A stretch of 64,000 nucleotides of DNA from Aplysia californica. Taxonomy: Eukaryota. Location of the stretch: assembly GCF_000002075.1 (NCBI RefSeq), contig NW_004797537.1, positions 40,879 to 104,878 of the forward strand, given 5' to 3'. Made by a program: the position numbers and the translations under genes. The notes under the pieces are model-generated. The model was not told the DNA's origin and did no database searches. It saw nothing but the letters and a program-made list of their open reading frames with translations. Shown one piece after another: positions 47,901 through 59,900 of the stretch. Positions within the stretch are counted from its first letter, which is position 1, and every line of letters begins with the position of its first letter.

Positions 47901-50900
47901 AGTGAAATCCTGTTAAAACGAGAGGGAGGGGACCGGTGCAAAATGTCCGTTATCGCAGGATTCTCGTTGTAAGGGATCCAGTAATAAATTCAAGGGAAAT
48001 AGTAAAGTAGGCCTAATCTGTGACTATGAGTTTGGGGTTCTGTTCATTCCTTTTGTATTTCCCCTGACGATGATTTTGTTCAACATTATCTCTAGGTCTT
48101 ACTTGACCAAAAATCGAATCAGGTTTCTTTCTCTAGCACTAGCAATGTTGACAGTTCGGCGTTGGCGATCAGAAAGAAGGGACTCTGGCTCTGGGCTAAC
48201 TCGCCTGCTGTGTCGTCCCCCACCCCACCACACCCTGTGGTGCGTTGCGTCTGCTTGCGCACGTTACACATTCACTCCATCTATCAAAGCATTCTGACCT
48301 CTCCATCCTGCACCAGAGAAGTGAGAGGATGGTAGGCTTAGATAATCTAGACTGGGCTGGCCTATCACGCAATGCGTTCTGTTCTGCTTGCCTGCGCATG
48401 CCACACCCTCCCCACTCATTCGCTCCGACCTTCATTGTTGGTTCGCGTGGGCTCCCCCATTCTTTGTTTCGCTGGATCACAAACAAGTTTCTCTACTGGC
48501 AAAGTTTTATATCATGTTTAATTGGTCTGTGCGCTGTGCACAGCAGCAGCAATATTCCGTTGTAATCCACTTGCGTGACTGTCTGATTGCGCAATAGCAG
48601 TATTTTATTTACAAAGATGAAGAAGCTAAAAAAACAGGGTTTTGAAGTTTTAGAATAGTGTCTTTATAACAGACTTCTCGTTATTTCAGGACTCGTTATT
48701 AGTGGATTCCACTGTAATGCAAAATTGAACTTTTTATCGAGAAACTCACTGCAAAACTGGAAGAGTAGGAGGATGACAATGATGAGAAGAGGGCGGGGGG
48801 TGGGGGGAGTAGGAGAAGAAGTGGGGGAGGTGGAGGAGAAGGAAAAGTAGTAATACAAGAAGAAGAAAAAGGAGAAGGAAAAGAAGAAGAAGAAGAAGAA
48901 GAAGAAGAAGAAGAAGAAGAAGAAGAAGAAGAAATGAGAAACAAACTGACATGGAGGTATAGGCTTACCTTTGGATGATCCGTGGAGGTCATGATACTGA
49001 TGTAGGAGTTAGTCGGGGAGTAGTATCTGGTCGCGTACATGGTGATGGGTTCTGTGTCCCCTCTCACAAAACTTTCGTCTAGGTACACAGGGCTGTTCCC
49101 ACTATAAGTCTGCCGCTGATCACTGTACCTAGCCTGAATGGAAATAAAATGTAAAACAGCCGTCATCTAGTAGTAGTAGTATAGGGTTTTACGGCGCTCG
49201 CAACTGCTAAGGTCAAATGAGTGCGCGAAACACAAGTTGTTTACTTACGCAAAAGTTCACTCCACGATTGGTTAACTAATTGACTTTAAAATGCTGAAAT
49301 GTTAAAATATTTAAATTCGGTGTAAATATATTTGTGATTTAAAACAACTCTTTTAAGTAACAATAAAAATTTTTAAATAGTACGTTTTCATTTTACAATT
49401 TGCCATAAAGGCCAATGTCCTTCATAAAATTCAAAATTTTGCCGTCATCAAATAAATAACATTTAGGTCTAGGTACCTATGGTATTCATGTCAATAAAAT
49501 CTTTGATTTGATATAAATGAAGTAGAAACAAACACCTTTGCAGTGGAAAAAAGTGATATAAATTCAATATAAAATTCTTAGCAAATTATAGCACTGTTAA
49601 AAAGAGTTTGGTTGTGATGAATTGTGTAACCTAAGTGAAAATATTTGAAATTTACATTGAGATAATTTTGCTTAATCCATCAGTAAAAAAGAGGCTTAAT
49701 AGGGGAAACCTGCATAATAAAATCTTCTATGATTTCGAATATTTGCACTGTTTCTATGATGTGAACATTAAAAATGGAGTAATGACAACTCTTCTGAATC
49801 ACCAAAAATAACCAAGAAAATAAATTTCACATGGGAACTAAGCTTTAAAATATCCAACACCTTTGTTTTCAAGTGTGGCCAGTCCTTAAAGAGGACATTT
49901 TAAGATATTTCTACGATAAACTTGAGCGAAAAATAAGACAGGCAAACAGTAACCTGCAATAAATTCCCATCATATTTTCTAAACATCGAAGTGCAACTTT
50001 TGGACTACTTATGAGGGTCCTCCCAACAGCATTTAGCTGATCCCATCTCAATTATTTACAAGTTTTAAGACTCAACCAATAAACAGCAGTATTAAAAATG
50101 ACAGCAAACATACTGTTATAACCATGCTCCTCGTGTTTTGTCCTAAAGTGTACTCAAATTCTGCTATGCCGTTGACCGGTACCCGAGTCTGTGGCCCAGA
50201 GATGCCCGAGCCTGCGGGTGTGGTCACATCGGTCAAGGTCACTGTACCACCACCTCGTACTGGGGTGCCGTCATATTTTGTCACAGCAACCTGAAAACAA
50301 AAACAAAACAATATGAAATCTATGAGGTGAAGTGTGGTTGAGGAATTTCATACAAACAGAACTTGGAAATCTATGAGGTGAAGTATGTTGTTTTGGTAAG
50401 TGTTTAACGGCGCTCGCAACTGCATAAGGTCATATGAGCGCGCGGGACACACCTAATATTTCAGTTGGTAGGAACTTTTGAATTTTTGCCCGGGTGGCGG
50501 CGGAAGCCTACTCTTATCGATTTTAGACTATCAAGGGATCTTTAACGTGCGCAACTTGCACACCGGCCCTCCGAGATTTTTCATGTCCGAGAAGGCTAGG
50601 TGTAGATGTTTGCTACCAAAAGATCAGGGGTGTGGCAGAAAGACAGCAGTAAGGAGGAGCCAAGGAGTAGCAGTAGAAAGGCTGCAGAAAGAGTCAGGAG
50701 CCCAGGGGTGGAGGCAAAGGAGGTGAGGGGGTGGGGGCATTAAGTGGAAATGAAAGCAGACAACAGAACATTGCTAGAGAGCAGGAAAGGAGGTGAAAGG
50801 AGACAATTTTAGAGAAGAAAATTTTTCGGTCGCTACCCGGATTCGAACCCGGTACCTTTAAATGAGAGACCAACACCTGAACCTCTAGGCCACGAGAGCC

Positions 50901-53900
50901 CCCTTGTAATTGCTATCACAATGAAGTACACAAGAAGTAAAAAATGTCCAAATGACAAGGCCTCATTATCAGTTTTCTACAGATTTGAACTTTAGTTGTC
51001 ATGAAGGACTAGTTCCACTGCACAAGGAATCTAATCTGTTGATCCTTCAAAATCTCAAGTTGAAACAACTCCAAACTGAAAGGTGACTGGTCATGAGATA
51101 AATGATTTTGTTCCTTCTGCTCCACAGAGACGTATGTTTCCGGAGCCTTCATATCATACAGTTTAGACCACACGAGCTGGGTAAAATGGTTATTTGACAA
51201 AGCCATTCACAAAAATGTGGAGGACCCAAAAACAGTATCTCTCTCTCTCTCTCTCTCTTGCCCTTTTTTACTCCCAGTGGAGCACAGGCCATCAACAACA
51301 TTACTCCAGTGAAGCCTGTCCTGAGCATCCTTTTCTATCTGTTTCCATGATGTCCCCGCTTTTTCAATTTCCACTTGTACCGCTCGCCTCCATGTCATCT
51401 TTGGTCTTCTTACACTTTCCTTGTCGGTTCCACGTTAAAGCCTGCCTGATGATGCTTGTCGGGGGTCTCCTCAGGGTGTGTCCAATCCGTTTCCATTTCT
51501 TCACTTGAATATCTTCCTTTACTGGCCTTTGGCTTGTTCTCTCCCACAGTTAAGCATTAGTGACTCCATCGTACCACTAAAAACAGCTATACAAATATGA
51601 AACTTCACAGAAAAGTAGAAAAATGGATCCACTATATATATTCCATTTGACCACTTGAAAAGCAGTGGTGAACTATGCCTGGAACAGTGCTCAGTATATA
51701 GCATCAAACCAATCAAAGCAACAGCAAGCTCTGAATAATTTTCAGCAAAGCACTAAAGGGGTTAATTTTTCTTTGTATTAAAGTCCCATTTTCTCATTTC
51801 ACTACTGCTAAATGAGCTGAAAAAAAGTTATTACCTGATTATAACTACAAATAGCAGATAAGGGTCAAAATTATATTTTCAATCATACTCAAATGAGCTC
51901 ATCCACCTGAAACGGTTGGCACTTTTGATTCTGTTGGGATAGACTAATACCCGTCATTCATGCTGCTGACAGACACAGGTCGTACCAATTGCTGTTACAC
52001 ATGTAAACAGAATTAACTAAACACTGTACAAAAACAAACAAAATGGTTTAGTCTTTGCCAGGCCTTACCTGAACTTTCATAATGGACTGTGGTTTGAAAG
52101 TCCGGATGGGTTCTCCCACCCATTCCAATTTAATCTTGGAGTTAAACATGATAGTGCTAGCCCATCCTGTGCGATTGAGACCTGAATACCAGTCCGTCAC
52201 ATTGACAAAGAAGACTATTTCACTGTCCAAAAGTTTTCCCGTTTCACCTCCACGAGCTGCTATTTTTGAAAGCTGGTCCAAGCTCCACGTAAAGTCAATG
52301 CGACCTTCAAACTGAAAGCATAAAGCAGGAAAGAAATGAGGAACTTCAAAATGAACGATCATTACCATGCTGTTATTTGACATTATTAACTGAAGTGAGT
52401 TGCTTTCATGTGTGCATCTGTGCTCTTTTTTCTTTAAAAAACAGAATTGAATAAATATAAATTGTACACTATGTCCATTACTGCTAAATGCACATATCAC
52501 ATTTTACATTTATTTATGAAACAAAACCCCAACTTTCTAAGCTTATTTATTTTAAATGTGAATGTAAACAAAGTTATCAGGTAGCGGTGTGTAGTGTTCA
52601 TATCTTTATAAGCCTTCTGCAAATTTTCTTCTTAAACATTAAATGACAAGCCAAAACACCAGTAGTAAACAATTTTTAAAAAGGCTTGGTATACAGGGAA
52701 GCTGAAATTGATTCATTTTTACACTATTTTAGTTGAAAACTTATCGACTTTGCTCAGTATACAGATCACACCAAGGGGTGCACTTCATCAGCTCCACAAC
52801 CCCTGTGCTTGCTTTTTTCATTGAGGTGCCCTGATCACATTATCTTTAAAACATCTAAAAGTCAAAATGTTGTGATTATGCTTTATGGCACATAATTTAC
52901 CAAATTTACTCTATATTCTAATAGAATGCACAACTGAGGTGGATTTTCTTTTACAGCATAAATAAGATATAAACACAAAATAATACACATCAAATAGTTG
53001 GAACTAAAAATATTGATAAAACCACAATGAAAACAAATCTAATTACTTTTCACCTATCTCAAGCTACCTACGAAAGAGGAACTTTCATAACATATGCTTC
53101 TATTTCATGTTTGTTTTCCTCTCTGAAAAGTAAACAAGTCGCACATCAAGAAGTATATTTCAAGTCAATAAAAAGGTACAAAAAAAGTGTAACCATTTCA
53201 CTCACATATTCAATGAATCTGTACTCATACGCAAAGTACATGTAGTAATCCTTGACAGGGACATGGCGCACAGGGATATACGGAGGTCGCTCAAACACAA
53301 CTCCTTCCCGGCGGTTGTAGCCATCTCTCCACGGCTTCTCCCAGCCACGGGTGGCGTTCCAAATCTCCTCGCGAGGTCGGAAGAAGGCTGAGATGGAAGC
53401 GTTACCAAGACAGGGGCGTCCGCTTGTTTGACTAGAGAGGAGAAACACAACAGAGACCGTAATGTGCAACTAGATTGACTTCTTAAAGTCTGATCCTTTC
53501 TAATGGAAACTTCTTTTGAATAAACATAAAGATGACTGGGTTTTTTTTTTCAAAAGCCCTGACTACAAGTAGAAAAATATAAGTAGTTTTCGGACTCAAA
53601 TTGAGGAAGAAAATAAAACAGTGCCTTGAAATTTGCTGTGCAAAATTTCGCAGCAAGCTCCGGCAAAGTCATGTGTAATTCTTTACCACTGTTCCATCAG
53701 TAGAGTACTCTTCAACCCTCGAATGGATGGGGGGGGGGGGCGCGACATTAAAATCCAGCAGAGGGATGTAACCTCACTGAATAGAAGCAAAATACTACTT
53801 TTTTCTTAACTTTTTTCATTTGATCAAGTACTCTACCTTGGAAAGGACCTATTTGAGTTTGGTAACAGATTAAAATCATACAAAATGGACAAAAACTCTA

Positions 53901-56900
53901 GGTATAATACTCATTTCTCAGGAAAAGAAACACCAATTTGATTCATCGTGTACATGTGACCCAGTTGACCCCAACCCTAGTGATTCAATCCATATTTACA
54001 CTGATGGGTCAGCCTTCAAGGAAACTATTAATGCAGGCTTTGGAGTAAGAACAGAACATCTTGACAAGACGTGTAAAGAACTATTTGATGCCTGTCATAC
54101 TTCTTGAACAAATTGTGAGGCAGAGACCATCGCCATTGAAGCAGCAATCCTCCACCTGACTAACATGTTCATTATATGTCCAGACAGAAAATCAGTACTC
54201 CAAGCTTTGGGAAACATGAATTTCGAACGCCCAGCTTACCTAACTGTGGCTCTAACAATTAACACCTTCATGCAGACCTATGATGTCAGCCTGACTTTAG
54301 AGTGGATGCCTGGCCACAGCAACATCCCAGGAAACGACAGAGCAGACAGCCTTGCCAAGCAGGAAGAATCACAAATACAACCTCAAAACCCAGTATCACA
54401 ACAGACATTCAAAAACATCATCAAATGCAACACCAGGGAACAGTGGATGAAAGGGTAGGCATTGGGCAAAACTGGAAGAGCTGTATTTGCACACATGACT
54501 GCTCCGAACTCAAAAGATGCACTAAATTCTCTGAGTAGAAGAGAACAAGTCACTATTTTTCTCCTGCGAACACAACACATCACGCCAAATTCCTATCTAA
54601 ATAGAACTTGCAAGGATACCCCACCTGACTGCCAGGATGAAACAGTATCACATCATCTCTTTACCTGCCTTGCACTTGGCAACCTGCGAAGCACCTACCT
54701 ACTTGCCTCCCCAGATATCGGAAATACTTTATACAGCAATAAAACAACTGATAAAAACCTGTAAATTCTTTGCCATACCGACAGGCTGAAGGGCTAGAAC
54801 CCAGATGACCGCTGAATCGGAAAAGTAAAGTAAAAGTAAAGTATTCATCATGTGCAATGGCTAGCAAATGGCATGACCTATGAAATGAACCAAACTGAAA
54901 GTAAATGTTTTACATGCAACAATTTCTCTGTGAGTTTATTGTAAGCTAAACATTATGACCAAGACTTTGTAACTGTTATTGGTGAAATGAAATATTGAGA
55001 GTTAGGGGCCCATGAGACTTGGGGGCGCTGAGCGGGCTGAACAGAGTTGCCGCCCCGTGACACTAGGGGCACTAAAACATGGGTATAAAAGCGAGGCGGG
55101 AATTCTGTGCGGGCCCCTTCTTTTTCGTCTCAGTACTACTAGAGACTAGAGCGGCTGACGTCGTAGCTGCCGGCAAAGTGACCTCCGAGGGCCCGACGAC
55201 GTGATCTGAGCCGGCCAGCGCAGGCGAGTCGCCTACATATTGAACCTCACATGTTCTCCTACTCATGAGTTGACGCCAGAGGGTAAGTACAGTGTTTCTA
55301 CCTCGCAATCACAGTAACTATTATAAACATACTTTGCACCAAAAACCTGGAACAAGCAGCAATTTTTTACATGTTTTTCTGTTTTGTTTTCAGTATTTTT
55401 TATGTACTCACTTAGCCAGTACAACACCATGGATCTTGACCGTTGGAGTTTCCATAACGTAGGCAGGCACTGACACATTTACATCAAAACGAGGCTCCCC
55501 TGTATAAAGCAAAGCAAATATGACCTTCATTACAAGGGTTTACCGAAAGCTTTGTTCACAATCTTAAACAGTAGCAACACAAGCAAAATCTGGAAATACA
55601 ATTTTGCATATATCTCTCACAGTCCTATTACTGTACATTTTTTGAACCAAGTAGACCATTTTTCTTCTTTGAATAACATTTAGAAAAACACAAGTTTCTA
55701 CTCTAGAATCAGCTTGTACAGGAACATGGACAAATAACACACACACTGACAACAATTGCAAATGTCTCAACACAAGAAATTCGATTGTTTAAGAGGTGGG
55801 ATACTTTAGCTCTGCCAGCAGGGCCAACTAGGCCTAGCGAAATATATCCCTGAGAAACACAGTGATGCTCAGTAACTTCCCAGGTGGGAATTGAACTCAT
55901 GTCTTTTATATGATTGTATAGATTTAACCACCCTTTCGATCCTGCATTTTCTCTGTGCAAGATAAAAACCCTAACAATTAAATTTAAAACTTAAAAAAAA
56001 AAAAGAAACACCACTAAAAATTACAAACATTCATTACTGGTACTATTCAATTCATTTTGTGCTTTCAAAATTTAAAACAAACTGCCTATGTAAGCAAAAA
56101 CCCTGATACAATAAATGAACTATAATTCCAAATACTTACAAAACTCTTCCACAGTGAAAGGACGCCGGTAAATATGGCCCTGAAAATGAAATTAAAAAAA
56201 AAAAACTTTTTGAAAAAGGTCCTCCTTCAATATCAAATAAAGATTGAATATCAGAAAAACACACTGCTTTCAAATATAAACGTTAGGATATCTAGACAAG
56301 CATTATTTTCCCGACAAAACCTTTTCACAATCAAGTTCAAGATCAATAAAGATTGCTTGTCCTGAAAGTGATGTGAGCACATCTTGAAGTCACGAGGGTT
56401 GCCAAGACAACCCCACAGAGCACAGTGCAAATAAGAAGAAGGACAAAGAAGCAAGAGAAAGAGTTGTGAGAACAATACCTGGAATGTAGTTGCTTGAGGC
56501 TAAGCCATTCATTGAATGAGTTGGAAAAGAGAAAGAGGTGAAAGGAGCTAGTTGCCAAGAGATCTATGGTATTCTCAATACTTCGGAATAAATATAAGCA
56601 TGGAGTATGAGACGCGCCCCAAACCTCACTGTTAAAAAAAAAATTCCATGTTATAATGGTATTCCAACACAACAGTTATATATAAATAACAATATTCTCA
56701 CTTACAAAGGCATCCACTCGAATATGCCAAACTCCATAGTTAGGTTGGTCCGACAACAGGAAGTTCAAGTTTACAATACCTGGACAAAAGAAAGAGAAAA
56801 GAAAAATGTTACTGAACTAATAAACAAAAATTATTCACCAAAAACAAATTTTGCTTTAATCAGCATAACCAATGAAATCCAAATTGTCCTAGTGACAATA

Positions 56901-59900
56901 AAAAAGAAGTTATTTCAGCAGTATCACGATATAACCCTGGGAAAAGACAATTGCATAGCACTCAGCACAAGAAAATTTCCAATATTGTAACAAAGCAGGT
57001 GAAGTCATGTTTCTATCAGTCAAATTGTTCTCATCTTTTCAGTAATAAACCCCTAGCTGTCGTTTGAAAAGAGACTACAAAGTAAAAGTGTATCCAATTC
57101 CTGTTGATCATATTCCATAATAATAATATGGCTACACCACTTTTTGGAAAAATGTGTCAATCCTTAATAGACAGTCATAGAACAAACAATGAGAAGCTCA
57201 CTGTAATATTGTTCGGTTTGTGGGTACAAACAGATATAGAGAGAGTGAAGAAACGCACGTCTAAAAAAGGCTCTTTGTTTTATTTTTGTCTTGTAGTACA
57301 CTGTAACCGAAAAGTGACTACTGAGTAGAAGAAAGGTACTGTCTAAATCCCGATACGTGACCTAACAGTTATAACAGAAGAGTTATGTAATGTAAATTAT
57401 TCCACACTCACCTCCAGCATTGGTTTGCACTCCTTGCCATCTGCGTACAGGTATTCCTGTTGGATCCTGAAAGACAAAAAATACTTTTCAAAAATACAAT
57501 TTCATTTTGACATACATGATGCTGACTATGACCAATATAAGAAACAAGACAAGAGAGGGATACTTTACTTAAAACCAAGACAGTGATTTCTTATCAAAGA
57601 AGCTATATTTGCACCATAATGTCCCCAGGGCAAAGACTTTGCTCGTAATATTTCGCAGGACTTAAACAAGAGTTCTCTGTCTTCTTCGTTCTCGAACTGA
57701 AAAAGAGTGATTATCAAGAAGGTATTCCTTAATTTTGTCAAATAATGTTTCCATAATTTTACTGTGTATATTTCATCTAAATTTTCAAAATATTTCTGTT
57801 TTATCATTACCTTGGTGCAGTTCAAAGATACAATTTCTACTATAAAATATCAAAACTGATTTTGTTCAAGAACCCAAAGTTTTTGCTTCTTCCGGCAAAT
57901 GTCTCTTAAGAGAATGGTGCACCAAAAGAATCATCTCTATGGTGGAAATACAAACGAATAAATTGGCAAAGCTGTGAATTCATTTGTGCATTTCACACCA
58001 AAATTTAAGTTGTTGTGCTAAAGCAAAAGTAACTCACATCCACATAGATGATCATGCTTCCATATTTTGGCATCATGTTGGGAAGGATCGGAACAACTCT
58101 GAAGTGAACTGAAAAGAATTCAAAACAAGAAAATTGTGAAAGACAAATTATAAATATATATATCTATTAATCTATTAAAACACAGGGTTAATTTTCTGTA
58201 CATAGCAGTAGTATATGTTTAGTCTCTTTTACAGTTGTAAAAAAGAGCTAACAGTATCAAGCTGCCTTAATTTTTTTCAGAGAAAAAGAAACAACAACCC
58301 AAAACAATTCATCATTTTAATAATGAATCCCAGGAAGAAATAGGTTACTAAAATCAAGTTCCAAATTGACATGAAATGACAGACCGTAAGATACCATTCA
58401 CTCTCTTAAGAATTGTAAACATTCATAGGTAGAAGAGTCTAATGAGAAGCTAGAGAGAAACAAACAAACTTGAACAGCCAAGTAGAAAATTCAAAGTTCA
58501 ACTACTGAAACTGACTGAGCATTCAGACCAGATTTATGGCTGTAAACAGGCAGAAGGGTGTAAATATGACTCTTAAAATGCATGCGTAGTATTATGTTTT
58601 ACCACAAGGTTCATCTGATTACTTATGAAATCCTTCATGGCTATTAAAAAGCGCTTGACCATAGGAGGAAACAAAGCAATTTATAAGGAGGTCATGCTTT
58701 TATTGTTGAAATTAAACACCCTGCCTAGAGTCAAGGAGAGGAAATACTCTGGAAAAAAATAAAAAATAATTTGTGCCTTAATGAAACTTGAAACCCCTAA
58801 CTAGGGGGTGTGCCTTTTATCAAAATCATTCTGGGTTTGTTACTTACACAGTGCAAAGAACAAGTCAGCATCATTGGAACAATTAGTTCAAAAATGTTTC
58901 AATGGCGTTCTCTAAACTCACCCATCTGGCCTTGTCGGTACAAAGGCCTGCTCATCTGAAGAAACAGGGAGGCTCGCTTGGAGGAGTAGTGAATATCTGT
59001 GGTATTCTGCCAAATGTTACCACTATCCGACTCCCTCAGACGTCCCTCAACGCGAAGTTGATACTTGCCATGTTGGGAACTAGCAGGCATCTGTTGGAAT
59101 AAACAAGAAGATGAAAAGTTCACAAGATTTTTTTTAAAAGATGTTTTACAATGGGAACTTTTTAGAGGATGTAAGCATTCCAGATTTTGTTTTGATTATT
59201 TTTTTTTAGTTGTAGTTTCTAGTGACATAAAATGACAAGAGAACCATTTTCCCTGGAACAGATAAAGATAATAGTAACAGTGAAAGGAAGTAGAGCAAGC
59301 AGACTGCCCCATTCAGCCACAAGCATTGACTCATCACAACGATACCCTGCTCTATCAGCACTGACATAGGATAAGGAGCAAGTCACACCCGAGCGCAAAA
59401 AAAAAAAGATAATTGTTGTTGAGTGTTGTGTATTCTACTTGCGAACAGTCCAAGAACACCAACAGCATTAAACATTAATAAATGAAACAACTTCTCGGGT
59501 TGTGTTCCAGAGTTTAATATAAGACTTAAACTTTACATGACTATGGCTTGTGCTGCCGTAGGCTAGACATCTTTGTTGTTTATCTTCGTACTGTGTGTGT
59601 GTGAGTGTGTTACTCTTTTCTTGCTCTCAACGATACCGATATACTGACTATTACAGTACTCGTTTTGGAATACTGAAAGTGGGTACTTATAATGTTACAT
59701 TATGATTACTCTACTTTACAACATTGAGTTGTAATGAATATTCGGGCAGGAAGATGACAGCATTTGCTAGAAACAGATTAGTCTAATAATACTGGGAGAG
59801 ATAAAAGTAGAGTGTTAATAATGTATAAACCACCTGCAGAAACAGGCAGAACTCACTGACAAAGCAAAAACAATTTAAACCAAAGTTTAAAAAATGCAAA

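Noticed and set aside
55263-55347. Apparent extra exon (VFGAKYVYNSY...) after MCR exon 8
   Set aside because: It runs into the antisense solo LTR and its phase does not match exon 8 (phase 2).
57565-57825. ORF with exon-like segment 57569-57696 (FENEEDRELLFKSC...) in MCR intron 4
   Set aside because: 128 nt would shift the frame, exons 4 and 5 already join correctly, and there is no family resemblance; probably repeat-derived.
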